Shown here: one piece after another, positions 62,977 to 64,000 of the stretch
Layout of the letters: every line of letters begins with the position of its first letter
How positions within the stretch are numbered: position 1 is the first letter of the stretch
Assembly: GCA_951406725.2 (NCBI GenBank)
Contig: OX597817.1
Location: 138,260,001-138,324,000, forward strand
DNA from: Octopus vulgaris
Lineage: Eukaryota
Direction of reading: 5' to 3'
Length of the DNA stretch: 64,000 bases
The notes under the pieces: generated by a model
What the model was told of the DNA's origin: nothing
What the model saw: the letters and a program-made list of their open reading frames with translations, nothing else
The model's database searches: none
Program-made: the position numbers and the translations under genes

Positions 62977-63959
62977 CATAAGGCACAAAAAGAAGATGAC
63001 TCCCCCAGACAACAGAATATGCTTCAACACACGAACTCATATAAAGAATCTTGCAAACCAAATCCAAAAACGAAATTCGCGTTAAATTATAAAATTTATA
63101 ATTTTTTCTATTTTATGTTGAAGCAAAAGAAAAAAATGTCATTTTCTGAAGAAATTAAATGATGATAAGATACATTAATCATTTGCACACAAAAAAAAAT
63201 AATAATTTGGAACTAGTAACAATTCAAATGTGAACATGATCTTTTTGAGGTTTATCCTTTAAATACACTTTTTGTCATTATTATAGAATTTATTTGACCT
63301 GCGTCACAGCAGAGAAGTAATGGTATGCCTTCGCCTTCTATGGATGACCGTACTAGAAGTTATACTCTTGATGGCGTCATTCCCGAGATCTGGAATGAGG
63401 GACGATGACCATTTCGTGGAATCGACTGGACAAAGAATGAATAAATTTCTTATAAAGAAAATGTCGAGTGTGTTATCACAATTATGCAAGCTTCTTCTCG
63501 TTCACTATTTCACCGAGGAAACTTCGTGGAGGGCGCTTCATGCGCTAGAAATAACAGCACCATCTCCCTTTAAAAAAAGATGCATGGAATAATGTAGTGT
63601 TCGATGCTCTATGTCTGAAACAGGAGATGGTCGTAAACAATGTATCTAGATTGGTAGCTAATACATTTTTCATGGTTTTAAAAACAATAGGAAGAGATTT
63701 GAATGAGAACCTGTTGCCATCCTCTGCAGATCTATGTGGTTTCCTGTAGAAGTTCACTCTTTAAGCAGACAATGGCAGTGATTGGAAGAGAATAGAATCT
63801 GAATCAAGATAGGGGAAGGGGACATGTGTTTAAGACTCTCCAGAGGAGCAGAGAAAAGAGATCAGATGCAGTATTTGGATAAGAAATAATTAAATGAAAT
63901 ACAAATGTTTTAACTCTGAATAAGTTACTTGTCCTTCACTGAATGTTTTTCTTTTTATG

Positions 63960-64000
63960 TCTATATATATAAACGGCAAAATGTCTGTCTGTGTGTATCC
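63960..64000 (+). mobile_element. Possible Helitron 5' end running out of the window
   Basis: TCTATATATATAAACGGCAAAATGTCTGTCTGTGTG resembles animal Helitron 5' termini. Confidence 0.4.

Noticed and set aside
63320-63592. 90-aa ORF in non-repetitive-looking sequence
   Set aside because: No recognisable family. It could be a decayed transposon or an exon, but the sequence alone does not support a call.

Overview
AT-rich, microsatellite- and transposon-dense eukaryotic DNA. The SINE families, RTE/R4-type LINE fragments and (TA)n/(TATG)n/(TAA)n density look like an Octopus (coleoid cephalopod) genome; this is an inference, not a database result. There is one intact protein-coding gene: a Rad6/UBE2A-type ubiquitin-conjugating enzyme (60658-61140, minus strand) with an uninterrupted CDS and a probable 5'-UTR intron, so likely a retrogene. 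A dispersed tRNA cluster lies at 27-43 kb. It has five intronless tRNA-Arg(TCT) genes (two in a ~335-bp inverted duplication), an Arg-bodied copy whose anticodon changed to TGT, two decayed Arg copies and an initiator-Met pseudogene. The rest is repeats: a full-length dead mariner, a non-autonomous Helitron, Tc1, RTE, CR1 and RLE-type LINE fragments, several MITEs, four tRNA-derived SINE families and a degenerate ~47-bp satellite. The most unusual signal is a set of minimal hammerhead-ribozyme-like motifs with non-canonical catalytic cores: a G3:C8 swap in one family and A6 to U/C in another. Nearly all other ORFs in the track are microsatellite or SINE artefacts. All coordinates were read by eye; repeat boundaries are approximate.
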